This document shows, piece after piece, positions 50,487 to 63,708 of a stretch of 64,000 nucleotides of DNA (its first letter is position 1; each line of letters begins with the position of its first letter). The position numbers and the translations under genes are program-made. The stretch lies in the NCBI GenBank assembly GCA_035084275.1, contig CM068760.1:4588001-4652000 (forward strand), in the 5' to 3' direction. The notes under the pieces were generated by a model. That model searched no databases, had not been told where the DNA came from, and worked only from the letters and a program-made list of their open reading frames with translations. This DNA is from Hydrolagus colliei. Taxonomy: Eukaryota.

Positions 50487-52064
50487 AAAACTCCCTTCTC
50501 TTTTCGAGCAATGCTGTGGGATCAGCCAAGTGACCATTACTCAAATGTGACCCTCGGCGGCAAGCTTTGGCAGGCTATTCCACTGGACGTGTTAAAACTG
50601 CAGTTGCCGTTAACCTTTCCATCAAACCCTCCGTGGGTTCCAAATTTACAGGAGCCACAGACAAGGAACAGCGCGATTGGAAAGTTCCGTTACTTGCAAT
50701 AAAAGCTGACGTTCCCCGGGGATCTATATTTCAGTCTGTGAGGCGATCGCTTCAAAAAGAACTGAAATTGCTAACCTCCACTGTGTGTAGAGGACGGGAT
50801 ATATTCGGTATAGCTGAGGATCCAACAGAGACCTAAAATTTACGCATAGTCTTAGCCTGTAAGCCTATTTTGATGCACAGGATTGCAAAAAAAAGCCTTC
50901 AATAACACACAGGAGACCTGAAATAGGACTCTGTTCTAGTCTTCGTGGCTATTTTATCTTGAAATGCTAGTCCGCAAAGGTATTGCAGAAAACTGTTAAG
51001 TTAAGCTCGGTCTTCGTGTGGAAACCGGTGGACAAAAAGAATTGTGCACTATTCCTAACTTTTTAAACCAGAGTCTCACGGGGCTGAGATTAGGTGGAAC
51101 TTCGAGCCTAAAAGGTGGTCTTTCTGTGGAAACGCAAATGCCTATATCAAAGGGGATTAAAATCATTTTTAAAAACGCAGTGTAAAATTGCGCCGTTCCT
51201 GTAACATGTGTAATTCCTTCGGTATTGATAATTCCTGCGGCTCAGTATATTTTCTTTGTCCCTCATCTGTGTGTTTAAGATATAAATCGAGTATGTATCC
51301 CACACCAAATGCTACAGAGCGTCAGGAAACAATTCATTGCAATTACGTCTGACTCGGGCAATACATAACTCAGGGACCCACGAGGCGGAGGTGATTGATG
51401 ACTGAAAAGTCCTTAATTTGTCTCTTTGTAAAAACAACGCATGAACCAGAAAAAAAGAGGTGAATATTAAAAAGTAAATGATCTGGAAACATTCACACAC
51501 ACACACACACACACACACAAAGCGCTCAAATTACTTTACGGGTGTCTGATGATAAAACGTCAGCCCAGATTGGGGGCTTACGCTGAGTTGGGGGCTATTT
51601 CTTTGCAAGGCTTTTCCTGCCGGATGCCACACCTATTAATCTCCAAAGTACTGATGGGGCACTTTCTGTACACGATGGCTGGAAAATCCATTTAACAAGC
51701 TCTCGTGAGTTTAAACTGTGCTTTAAAGAAACATTACATTGTGTTTATAACCCACATGGAATCTCATTTGTCACGAATTTCACTAACAGCGTACAGTGGA
51801 ATCTTGTAGTGGAGTGGCTTCCAAACTTCGAATAGCAGCAACCCCCCCCCCCCCCCCACCTCACCCCAATCACCTAACTCAGCAATGTTTTTGTTGCACA
51901 TTTCCCCCCCTCCCCATCTCTAACTCCCTTTTGGACTCGGCTCCACACACTCGGGTCCCAGACTCCACAGTGGGCTGGAGAATCTAAAATCGCCCAGCCA
52001 ACAGTACACCCCCCACCTCCACCCCACCCCAAGGGAGGCACGCCGCACAGCTTGGAAACCATTG

Positions 52065-52330
52065 CTGTAGTGTATCGGGTGGTTAGAGCGCTCGCCTTTC
52101 CAGCGAAATCTTAGGTAAGTTTCATTACTCCACAAGCTTCTGTTAACCGAGAGCCCGGTTGTTAGTTGACTGGTGGATCGCTGAACAAGGTAATAATCCC
52201 TTCAAAAGAAGAAGAAGAAATTGGTCACTGAATCCACAAGTGTTTGGGACACTGCTGTACGCAATTGGCTGCCGTGTTTCACCCATACAGTCAATTCACT
52301 TTACAGTGTATCCCGTGAAGTGTTGTGATA
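52065..52330 (+). mobile_element. tRNA-derived SINE, longer/older subfamily
   Basis: Carries the internal cccggttgttagttgactgg segment shared with 3932-4310. Confidence 0.7.
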
Positions 52331-53031
52331 CCTTAGCTTAGAACTTTTACTTTTAACATTTCTGGGCCAATGTTACGAACCTCCAAATGTAAAGGTAGGA
52401 CGTGCCCCCAAGTCTTTGGTAGACTACGCATTACATCTGATCTTTGTAGCCTGGTTTCGCCAAAGAGACAAAGCCACAAATTCGGTCAGAATTTCCATAG
52501 GTGCTGATGGATTTCATTGTGTTTCAAGACGCTTCCCAGAAACCAAACAAGTTGCTCTATAAAGCCAGACAACTGAAAGGCTGCCATAACTTGAGGATTT
52601 CCAACTGATAATAATAATAATAATACTCCGTGCATTTGATAGATTGCGTCTCATCACGTTGTTGAGACACCTCAAAGCACTTCGCAGAACATACTGTAAA
52701 GCGGAGTGACTGTGTATTCCGTGGGGGAAACGAGTTTCTGCGGTTTTAGTTTCTCATCAACCAGAAAACACCTTTGCGAATCCCTAGAAAGTTTTTGAAC
52801 CATTGTTTTTTTTTTAACTCCAATTTTTTCTTGTCACGCAACCAGTTCGCATTCGCTGCCGATTCAATGCAAAACGATTCGCGGTTACGTCTCCACACCC
52901 TGACCGGCTCTCAACTACAGCAACGACAACATTACGTTTGTAGCGCGCCTTTCACGACGGGAGGCCGTCGCCTTTTGATGGAGCGAAAAAGAATTCTCCG
53001 TTTCCGAAACGAACCCGACCTTGTGAAACCC

Positions 53032-53089
53032 GACGACAACAACAACTTCGATTTGTATATAGCGCCCTCCACGCCGGACGGCGTCTCAA
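53032..53089 (-). mobile_element. L2 LINE 3' tail
   Basis: rc of tgagacgccgtccggcgtggagggcgctatatacaaatcgaa(gtt)n. Confidence 0.8.
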
Positions 53090-53618
53090 ATGTCACGTCC
53101 TCAAAACTCCCCGCGAAGGAATTTTCTGAAGTGGCTATTCAACCGAGAGTCGATCGATATTTCGAATAGGGAACCAGATGCAAAAAGCCACATCAACTTA
53201 ACATTTATACAGCACCTAACATGCAAGGCAGCGTCCCAAAGTGCTCGAGCGAATTTAAAAAGGAAGGAGGGCGCGTGTGTGTGTATGTTTCAATGTGGCC
53301 CCGACTGAGACCATTCAGAAGAAAAAAACACTTCCAATCAACCCCAAAGCTCCTTTAGCGACGTCTCGAGAGGTCACTGCGCTGTAAACACGTTGATTTT
53401 TTGTTGTTGTTAATGTTCCCCCTGAATCGCAGACAAACCCTCCCCGCCGTTTGGCTGGAGAGCTGGAGCGCGAGGCAGACAGCTGCTCTGGGAGGTTCAG
53501 GCTTCTCCAGAAACCTATTAACAGGTTTGTTGCAATTAGAGGTTTTCGTTCCCGCAAAAGCCCTGCTTTGAGAAATGAAGCCGCGTCGAAAGTGGGAGCT
53601 GGGGAACAATAATCTAAC

Positions 53619-53958
53619 ATAATAATAATAATCCTTACATTTGATGTAGCGGCTTTTCATATCTCATCGATGTCTCAAAGCGCTTCACAGAATATACTGT
53701 AAAGTGACTGTATATGTTTGTGGGCGAAATGCGGCAGCCAATTGCGCACAGCAGCGTCCCCACAAACAGTCGTGGATTGAAACGATTGAAATTTTTATTA
53801 TTGTGTTTTTTTGTGGGGGATGGATTATTATTAGGTGTGTGTGTGTGTGTGTGTGTTTGTGTGTGGAGTAAGGAAACTTGCCCAAGGTTTCGCCCTGACC
53901 TGCCTGGATTTGAACACAGGTCTCACGCTTGTAAGGCGAGTGCTCTAACCGCTGAGCA
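53619..53958 (-). mobile_element. Young SINE, near full length, internal (CA)n expansion
   Basis: Family consensus on the reverse strand. Confidence 0.92.
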
Positions 53959-54685
53959 GTGAAAGCTCCCGAGCTATGACAGCCACCTCCCCGAGTGACT
54001 AATAACTAAAGTCCATCTCAGCGCCAGGCTGTGGGTGGAACTGGGGGGGGGGGGGGGGGGGAGGTGGGGGGGATGGGGGGTGGGGAGGGGGTGGCTTGGT
54101 GGGTGTATGTGGGTGGGGTGAGGGCGGTGGACGTTGCATGGCTGCAGCCAGGAACAAAGATTCAAAGAGCCTTTAAGGCTGTGATAGTGTTACAAGTGTG
54201 AGTGCACGCAACTCTGAGAACAAAGTGAAGGGGAGAGACAGGCAAGAAGCAGCTGTCAAGGGCTGGAGAGAAAAGACCCTTTTCACAGCCTGGAATGTCT
54301 TTGTAGGCATCTGCACAATGTCCGCTTTGAGGCCGAGAAGAATAACATTTGGTTTCGAGGGCTTTTCCCATCAAATGCATTGGTTTTAAAATGCTAAAAG
54401 TTTCTTTGGTCGTGTATCAATCATGTTGAAAATGAGCTGGTCTTAATTTCACTGACCCCCTTTTCTTAATTATGAAGTTCATTTTTTTTTTGCCCTATTC
54501 TAAATGCCCACACCTCTACCCTAACCCCCACCCCCACCACCCTCTCCCATCCACATCCCATAGTCTCCATCTAAACAGATTAATCCACTTTGCATGTTGT
54601 TAAAACACCTTTTATTTTAAAAAATGGAATAGCCTTGAAGACGTGGACCACAGACAATGTGGGAACAGTGGGATTCAAAGTTTAT

Positions 54686-55012
54686 ACAACAACACCTTGC
54701 ACTTAGATAGCGCTCTGCGTTTCGGGAAGCAAATTAGAGCGCTTAACGGTGGTGGGAATCTGACTCCAAGATGGGTTGAGAGTTGGGGGCAGGGTGGGGG
54801 AGAGGGGGAAGGTGGGAGGGAGGTCATGAGCACAGTCATCAGGAAGGTTTTCAGGCGGGACTCGAGAAAGTGGGGGAGGGGAGGGGTGGGGGGAGCAAGG
54901 TAGAGGGATTGACAGAAAGTGTTCCAGAGTTTTGGGGGGGGGTTAGTGGCTGAAAACGCCCAACCTCCAATGGTGGGGTGGAGGGTGCGACGGACCAGCA
55001 GGAGAGGAGGCC
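54686..55012 (-). mobile_element. Degenerate L2 3' end
   Basis: ORF track reads LHPTIGGWAFSAT...LWNTF...SRLKTFL; (gtt)n-type tail. Confidence 0.75.
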
Positions 55013-55135
55013 AATACACCAGGAACGAAAGGCGCCAACCCTTGGAATTACAAGAAACTCCGCTCAAGGTGATCCATGTCTCTGTCCCTAGCGGAGAAAA
55101 TCCGTGTTATTTGGGGGAATTTTTTAATAACTAGA

Positions 55136-55460
55136 ATGACAACAACTTGTACTTATATGACTCCATCATGTGGGGTGAGGCCTCTGAACACTGAATGACG
55201 GAGGACTTTGAGGCCAAGCCGGGGAGAAGGTCACCAGATTTTGGTAGGCACGGGCGAAAAGGAAGGTCTTTAAGCGAGATCCGAAGATGGGGGAAGGATG
55301 AGGAAAGGCAGAGGGATAGAGGGAGATGGTTCCAGAGCCCGGCCACCAGTGAGGGAGCGGAGAGTACGAAGGACATGCAGGCGCCTGGAGCCAGTGGGCA
55401 TCGGAGGGCAGAGGGCAGTGGGTTGGTGAGTGTGCAAGTCGGGAGAGGTAGGGAGGTCCC
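55136..55460 (-). mobile_element. Degenerate L2 3' end (second, tandem)
   Basis: Frameshifted LWNHLPLSL / FGSRLKTFLFARAY motifs, plus tail. Confidence 0.75.
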
Positions 55461-56839
55461 ATGAAATTGCACCTTGTGTTCATTTGCTTACAATGGGGTT
55501 ACGCAGCTCTCCCTCATCTGTAACCCTGCAACACAAAAGACCTTCAGAAGAGACATGAGTTAAACTGAGGTCCCACCCGGGCTGGATGTTAAAGAGATCT
55601 TCGTGGCGCTGCTCATAAAAGAGAAGGGAGTTTAGACCCGCTGTCCCGGCTGAGAGAAAGGTACTTAGAAACCTCACGGAAGGTAAAAGTCTTTTTTTTC
55701 TGGCTAACTCTGGCTTGCTGATTGACTGCGACGCACAGGGGCAGTGAGGGGTTTGAAGAGGGTGTCACACGAAACAAGTGAGTTCATGACTTCCCAGCGT
55801 GAAAGGCGTCTGCAATGCCAACTCTCAATGAAAGAATGGGCTTGTCTTCATTCTCCTACGAGCCCTTTCCCGCAGCACAATGATCCCACTGTTTCTGCAG
55901 GCATGGACAATAAATAACTGAACTGAGTGTGTAAGAGAATACCATTAACGGGGACAGAGCAGGCCAGACTCGCTGTTCAATTAAAGCAGAAGAGAATGCC
56001 TGAGCATCGACTTAAGGCTGCGTGGAGGTGGAAATTTGGATGCACATTTACGAAACATATAAGCCTGGAAAAAACGGAGGTTTCTTTTCCTGGAACTTTG
56101 CAGTCGCAAATTCATCATTTTCTTTCCCCTTTTTTCTCCGACCAGGTAACCCATTTGCCCCCGCGGGCATTTTCCACAGTTAAATTCTCCCACAAATCTC
56201 GTCTCGTGAGCGCCTCGCGGTCAGGAGTCGGACCACCACAGGCCACAGGCCTCAGTCTCACAATCGCTTCAATCAAATTGCGAGTGACGTGAAAAAGTGC
56301 GGCCGCCTTGTAAATCGATTCGCAGAGTGATCCCGCTGCCCGACGGTGCATTCGTTTGTATTTGCAATCAAATGAATCCTCGCATTTGATACAGCGTCTC
56401 ATCACCGAAGTCGGAGATTTGTACAGTAACCGCCAAGTTCCAGGAAAAGTCCTATTCCATTTATTCCAAACTTACAATTTTTAGTAAATGTACATGCAAT
56501 CTTTTGTCACCTCCACAACGCAGCCTAAAAATGTATCTGCGGGCATTCTCTTTTCGTGAAACGTCTCAAAGAGCTTCAGAGGATTGTACTGGAAAAAATG
56601 AAGTGACCGTGCGTTTTGGAGGTGAACACAAACATATGAGTCCAAATGATACTCGGCATGCATCAAAGGGGAAGGGGAGACAGCGAAGGGGGAAACTCTG
56701 TAAGCCAGTGAACACCCACCTCTCTCCCCGCAACAAACCCCAGCGATGCTGCGTGGAGCCTACATGTTGCGATTCAAGTTTCTCAATCGGGTGGTAGCGG
56801 AACTCTGGTGAGGTCAGTAGGCCAGTCATTGTCAAGCTT

Positions 56840-56886
56840 TGTGGAACAGGCTTGATGGGCTGAATGGCCTCTTCCCGTTCCCATTT
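56840..56886 (+). mobile_element. CR1 LINE 3' terminus
   Basis: ggaacaggcttgatgggctgaatggcctcttcccgttccc; counterpart of the fragment at 42243. Confidence 0.7.
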
Positions 56887-59800
56887 ATATCCCGACGCAG
56901 ACCGAAGAATCCGAGAGAAGGCATTAACACACGCTCTGGAACTCGCAGGCTTGGCTTCAGCATCAGGAAGCTCTGCGACTTAAACTTGGAAATAACTCAA
57001 CTACTGGACTTGGAATCCCGTGCTGCCAAAATAGCCCTCTAATGGATACCACACAAAATACTTGTGTGTAAGGTTTTAGGGGAAAAGACATGGATTTTGT
57101 ACATTCCAATGTCAGAACACGCAGCATCACCTTGTAACTTTGGACTTCCACAATACTTCCAGTCTTTGTTTTGCGTCTTTGCAAGACGCCGTGGATTTTG
57201 TACACTGAGCGTAATTTGGCGCGTATAAAAATACAACATTTTTTTTCTTTCCCCTTTTACACCTCTTCTCTCTAGCAATTTGTGCTCTTTTGAGCTATGG
57301 GTGGGTTGGGGAAGGTGGCGGCATTTCTCTTAGCCCGTGCGTCTGACACTCCACTGCAGTAATAGGGAGACATTCGGACGAGACATTAAATCGAAGTCTG
57401 ACTGTTCAGCTGGAAGCCAATGTTCCTGAAAATAAAACAGGGAAGGGAGTTTCTCCCTGTGTCCCGGCTGACAATCCCCTGCATTAACTGACTGTTTTGC
57501 CTCATGGCTATTTGTGGCGCCAATTGCCGGTTCCTCTATCGATCTCCCAACTGCCCGTCCTTCACTTTAGGCTCGCGGCCGATACAAGTCGACAGCCAAA
57601 GAAACACCCCGCCTACAATCTGGTAGCAACTCGACAAAGTCACTCAGCGCAGTCACTACACTGTACGTTAAATTGTCCAACCATAAGGTATAACTATACT
57701 GGAGATTTGGACGCATTTTGGCCTTGAAAATAACCTCAGGACTGGGGGGGGGGAGATGAAGATAAAGCCCCACAATAATGTTTTCATTCAGCCAATTCTG
57801 CTGATTGTACAATTGACCAGAAATCGACAATTAAGCTACGTTAATGTAACGAGATGACATTTTGGCTGAACTGGGCTGACTGAAGCCGGGTTGGTTTCTT
57901 TTTGCTTGTGCTGGGCGGTTGCCACAGGCCACGTCCTGTTAAATTGCTGCCCCATTGCATGCTCTCAGATTAGCGCTCGATAAGGATATTCACTCATATT
58001 AACCTGGTCGTCTTGACTGGATGCGGTCCAGTGCTATTCCCGCTGAGGAATGGACTTCAAACCTGGCACCCAGGTTGGTGGGGGTGGGGGGGGGGGGGGC
58101 GGAGGGGGAGAGAGAGAGAGAGCAAAACTCTGCATACGTTCATTACCTTCGCATTCATGGTCTTTCTACCCCTTTAACTGAGACTAACTCGCAACAGACA
58201 CAACCGTGCAGCAGTAATGTCATCAAGTGGAAAGAAAGAAAAAGAATCTGCAGCTTTAAGCTCGAAACTCAATGCTCCCCCTTACTCCCCCCTCACCTTC
58301 CCTCTCGTCTCTTCCCCCATCCTCCTGACCTCCCTCCCCCACCAGCCCCCACCCCCTCCCACCCCTGCCCCCACCACCAGCCACCACCAATCCTTTCCGT
58401 GGAACGGTTCCAAAATGATTGAAAGCCGAAGGCAAATAAAATAATTTTTTCCTTAAACCATCTGAAACAACATTCTTATTTCGCTAAGCATTTAAACATA
58501 TGGACACCTGTGCAAAAAGCCAATCAAAGCCTCCTTGATTCAGCGCGCCAACAAATTGATTTACCTCCCGAGGATTTAGCTCCCACAATGGACCACTATT
58601 TCGTGCAATCGTATCAGATACTCTCTCTCTCTCTTACTCTCTCCCTTTCCCCCTTTCGCTCCCCCCAGTGTTGCAAGCGCCTCGCTCCCCTGCGCCGCAT
58701 CTTATCCTTGCCGACCGGAAAAGACGATCGAGTTACTCGCAGGCCTTTGCTCGGATCGGCTGATCGCACTTGTGCGCCAAAGCACGCGCCGATTCACTGC
58801 CACGGCCGTGCCAGGTCTCACATGCGGGGCAGATTTTAGCGCTCGCTGAAGCAAGTCTTTCATCTCCCCCACTCCACTCTCCACCCCACTTTTAACCCGG
58901 CATTGGGCGCAGACCTCAGAGACACCACTTCGGGAGGGAATCGAGGGAAGGAGGGAGCGAGGTTAAGAGTGTGAAGGACAGAGTAAAGAGAGATCTTTTG
59001 CCCTCCCCCCCCCTCAGAGATGCTTTCGAGCTCGGGTCAATAGAGGTGAAAAAACAGTATTCCAACACGCTCTACCACCCACTCCAACTGGAACTTGAAA
59101 GCCTACAGCACGGAAACTTTCTTTTATTAAAAAAAAGCAGCTCTGGCACGCACAGTGCAATCTTGAATTACGAAAGACATAGCTGCTGGCGAAATTAGTG
59201 AAGCATTGGCAGTCAGACATCAAAGATTCTGAATGACTCTGGAAGTACAGAGTCACCATGTGCTGGATGTGTGAGCCTGTGTGAGGGTGAATGTTCTCAA
59301 TGGCAGTCTTGTCTTCACGGGGTAGAAGATGAATCCGAAACAGTGAGCGGTTGTGTGTGTGGGGGGGGGGGGGGGGTTAGACCAAAGCTCATTTGCTACA
59401 GTGCCGTTTCCTCTCTATGGAGGGGGAAGAGAAAAGTCTCAACAAAGCTGAGTGAGAGGCGGCTAGAATATAAATAATAATAATCCTTGCGTATGATATG
59501 GGGCGTTATCATATCTTCGAGACTGTGTGTTTTGTGGGCGAAATCAAGCTCCAAACGACTGAAGCGAGTGGTCAGCAAGTCCGTCTCCCACCCACCCCAC
59601 TCCCTGACGCCCGGGAGATCATTCCTGAATGTTATTCACCTCAACCGAATGTGATTGATTTCTCAATGTCGCTTAACTGATTGTGTCAGGAAGATGCACT
59701 TCTAATCCTCAACAGCGTAGCTAAGCCCATCAAGTGAGATAAATGGTTCATTGCTAATAACGCAATACACGGACAGTGCGGCCAGGCAGGCAGGGTTTGG

Positions 59801-59964
59801 CTCAGTAATCTGCATGGCTATGGAGGGTTCGGATGAGTCTATTAGCTTCACCCTCTAAGCAGCTCAAGAGATAGAAAGAGAGAGTGTGTGTGTGTCTCAA
59901 GAGTCAGAGAATTAATTGTACTGCTCGTTTTTGCAGCCACTGTGTTGTTTCCCATCCAAACAAT

Positions 59965-60274
59965 GGAGCTCCTGTAGCTCAGTGGTTAGAGCACTCACCT
60001 TACAAACGTGAGACCGAATCTAGGCAGAGCAGGGCGAAACCTCGTGCAAGTTTCCTTACTCCATACACATGCCTCCATCCCCCAAAAAACAACATAATAA
60101 AATTGGCCATTTCAATCCACGAATGTTTGTGGGACCCTGCCTTGCGCAATTGACTGCTGTGTTTCGCCTACAAGTATACAGTCAATTCACTGTACAGTAT
60201 ATTCTGTGAAGTGCTTTGAGACATTGATAAGATGTGAAAAGTGCCACATCAAATGCGATAATTATTATTATTAT
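59965..60274 (+). mobile_element. Young SINE, near full length
   Basis: Family consensus; B box partly deleted. Confidence 0.9.
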
Positions 60275-61029
60275 AATCATTGTCTTAAACTGAACTTGTG
60301 TCTAGCGATAAGGAGAATCACCCCTAGCAAGCTTTGGTGCTCACTTTATTGACCTACAAATTTGCAAACGTTGAGTAAATCTTTGGTTCGTTTCTGAAAT
60401 AAGAGATTCGGGCATTGCCCAGGCGTTTGGTTTTCCTCTACAGTCTGGAAGAGTGCCTTGGGAACAATAACGTTATTATTATCATCAATAATTATTATTA
60501 GATAATTATTAGATTACGACGAGCTGCTTCTTTTGAATTCCATTTGGGGGCTTGAAATTTGCAACTGTCAAAAGGACATTTCCGAACTCAGATCTTTCCT
60601 GCCCCAAGTCTGTAAACGCCTCCCAGAGGTTGAACAAGGGAATGCTTTGCGAGTTGCGGAGGGGCAAGAGCAACGGGAGGTGAGAAGAAACCATCGGATG
60701 AGAAACAAGCAGAAGGCGAAGATAACTAAAGGAAAACAATAACTGTAATAAACTATGTTTTTTTGTTTTCCGAATTCACCCTCTTTCTTTTCAGCGCGAG
60801 CCAGTGGCGAAAGAGAAGATGAAGGCCTGGCTCACTGTTAATTGGAACCACTGAGTTGCTTTTTCTCTCTCTCTTCATTGATAGTCGGGTTCAATGTCTT
60901 TCAATCCCTGTGTGAATCGCTGGTGTGAATCGCTGGTGGGAAGCTGCTGTTTAGACGAGGATATGTTTTGTTCATTTGGAAACCTCCAACGCTGAGAGAT
61001 CAGGAGCGAGACTCTTTGGATGGATTTTT

Positions 61030-61057
61030 GGTTGGTTGGTTGGTTGGTTGGTTGGTT
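61030..61057. repeat. (TTGG)n microsatellite
   Basis: Seen directly. Confidence 0.9.
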
Positions 61058-61610
61058 CGTTCCTCACTCAAATAGAGATCAGGACACGGTCCAGCTGTTT
61101 TTCCACTTCCTCTGCAGGCTGGAAGAGGGTTCTTGTGAACAACAGGCAGCGTCTTTTGAGTTTCAATTGGGTTATTAAAGCATCCTGGAGTTTGGGCAAC
61201 TTTTGAGAGATAGGGGCTGGTTTGTAAAAAAAGATATTGACTGCTGGGCAATCACATCAGGGAGGAACTTAGGCTGGGAGAGAACGAGCAGACGACAGTA
61301 CATGGAGCAAGATAGAGACAAAGGAACTGAGCTGCGAAGAAAACGAGCCTCAGAGAAGCACGTGCAAAGGAACAGGGCCAGACATAATATAGCACATGAG
61401 TAAGCAAGAGTGGATCGGTTAGACATAACACACGAGTTGGAAAGTAAGGCATGGTCACACACTTTGGGGGTTTTGACGGGTTTCCAATACATGTGGAGAC
61501 CCAAGATCATGCTTAGGAACACCCAAACCAGACACGGGTCCCCTCCCCCCCGTGTGTACGACAAACATAATCTTTTGCATTTCATATTGCCTTAATAAGG
61601 CAAAGGCACC

Positions 61611-61828
61611 CTGACTGTATATTTGTGGGCAAATCGCGGCAGCCAATTGCGCACATCAGTCTCCCGCAAACAGTCGTGGATTGAAATGACCAATTTATTA
61701 CTGGGATTTTTTTGTCCGAGGGATTATCATAAGGCGTGTGTGTGGAGTAAGGAAACTTGCCTAAGGTTTTGCCCTGCCTGGAAATGAACCCAGGTCTCTC
61801 TAGAGAGTTTCTAACCACTGAGGCACAG
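61611..61828 (-). mobile_element. Young SINE lacking tail
   Basis: Head and core on the reverse strand. Confidence 0.85.
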
Positions 61829-62617
61829 ACTCCACAATCAGTGCTGACTTGAAATGGAAGATTTAACTCAGGGTGCATCATACTCCTCGCTGTCTCAATC
61901 CTTTGCGAATGGTTGTGACTGACAGGAGCAGTCAACTTCAGGAACTTCTTTACACAAACAACAAGTTGGGAACTATCTGCGTGCAGGCATTGGGGAACTA
62001 ATTACAGTATGAACATTTCTCGGTAAACATTCTATGAAAGAAATGCTTTGTTCTTCATTGCTGTGTGCAAAGGAAAAAAAAAAGAGCCTTATCTGTTTAC
62101 ATCGTTCGCAAATCACAGAAAGTCCAAAATTATGACTTGGGCTGTAAATGGATCCCTGCGTTGAAGACTTAGAACACATGTGGTTCTTCTTATTCAGCAT
62201 GGAGCATTTCAAGTCTTTTTTTTCTTTTTACGTGATACATTCTTAACTGTGGTACAATTTATCCATGTAATGATCCCAGTGTTGAGCAAGGACTTGCAGA
62301 TGTTCTTGTTTGTGTCCCTTTCTTCCCCCCACCAAAAAAACTATTCACTGCGTTCCTCGCTCTCGGGACACACAGAAAATCTGCTACAGACGTCACGTCA
62401 TGTGCATTATTCTTTGGGCGTCCGTCTCCGATCCAGATGTGGGTGACGTCAATGGGAGTCCTTCACTGGCCAGCTGGACTATCTGATAAAAACACATCAT
62501 CTCCAGCCCATTGAATGAATGGCATTCAGCCACGTGAGTCTAAAGAGACTTGCCGGACCGGACCAGCTCATCATCCTGACCGGTCCCTCACTCTCACACA
62601 CGCCCTCAAGTCATTTT

Positions 62618-62800
62618 CAAATTGTTGATTTCAATCCATGGCTGTTTGTGGGGGACGCTGCTGTGCGCAATTGGCTGCCGCGTTTCGCCCACAAATATAT
62701 ACAGTCAATTCACTTTACGGTATATTCTGTGACGCACTTTGAGACGTCGATAAGATGTGAAAAGCGCTGTGTCAAATGCAAGGATTATTATTATTATTGT
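62618..62800 (+). mobile_element. Young SINE, 5' truncated
   Basis: Core and (att)n tail. Confidence 0.88.
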
Positions 62801-63502
62801 CATTAGTATAAAGGGTAATTGCGAATTCTCCCCCTCAATATGATCACGCAAACTGTACAAGTGAATACCTGGCTCTTGTCTGCTTCCCATAACCGGCAAA
62901 CCACCCTCCTCCTCAAATACCATTCCTATAGAATAGTGAAATCTAAACTCAAAAGACTTATTGAGAGAGAAAAAAAAAACAGCAACTAAAACACAGATTG
63001 GGTCGCATCCAGTGTGTCTAGTGCATAGAATATCACAATGAACCATACTGTTCGTTCGCTGTGAATCAGGATGAGATACCAGATACATTACAATGAGAGT
63101 GAGATGGGAGTCAATCTGCACGAAGAGCACATTTGAAGCCATATATTGTGATTAACAAAAGCAATACTGTTTTCGTTGAGGCTGGGCTGGCTGCCGATCG
63201 GGTTTGTGTTGTGAGCGACGAGAAATGACGATTCGAAACTTAATCTAAAGCCCGCCTGAACAATGGCTATCACAAGGTATAGCAGTTTGATCACAAAATT
63301 GATTGTGTCAAAGACTATTCTTAAGAGCCAGCTCTCGGAGGCTGCTCACTGTGGATAGGACAGAGTCATGTTGGTAACCCGCCTGACAGCTGCTGATAGC
63401 AGCACTATCGTCCACAAGATGTACAGTCAATTCGGTTTGCGATATATTCTGTGAGGCGCTTTGAGACGTCTCGAAGACATGATAAGCGCACTAAGCGGGA
63501 TC

Positions 63503-63708
63503 CCCAAACCTTGGCTCTTGCCAACGTGCGTCTAATGCTTTCCCGGAATTAGGTTAGCAGAACGCGTGCCTCCAGGGGGGGGGAGAGCGCATTCCACCCC
63601 GACAATCTCTCTCTGGGATTTTCCATGGTATGGGTTGGTTCTCAGTTTGCTTTGGAGACTATTAAACATGGCGATGGGTTTCCGTGTGCGTTAGAAACCC
63701 GGCTGACC
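63503..63708 (+). repeat. Unclassified ~200-bp interspersed repeat, copy 3
   Basis: Shares ccttggctcttgccaac...ccggaattaggt.agc...tttccatg...gatgggtttcc...ccggctgacc with the rc of 17358-17556. Confidence 0.75.

Noticed and set aside
62444-62459. tgacgtcaatgggagt resembles a CMV enhancer repeat (vector or viral insertion)
   Set aside because: Only ~16 bp built around a CRE, with no flanking viral or vector similarity.
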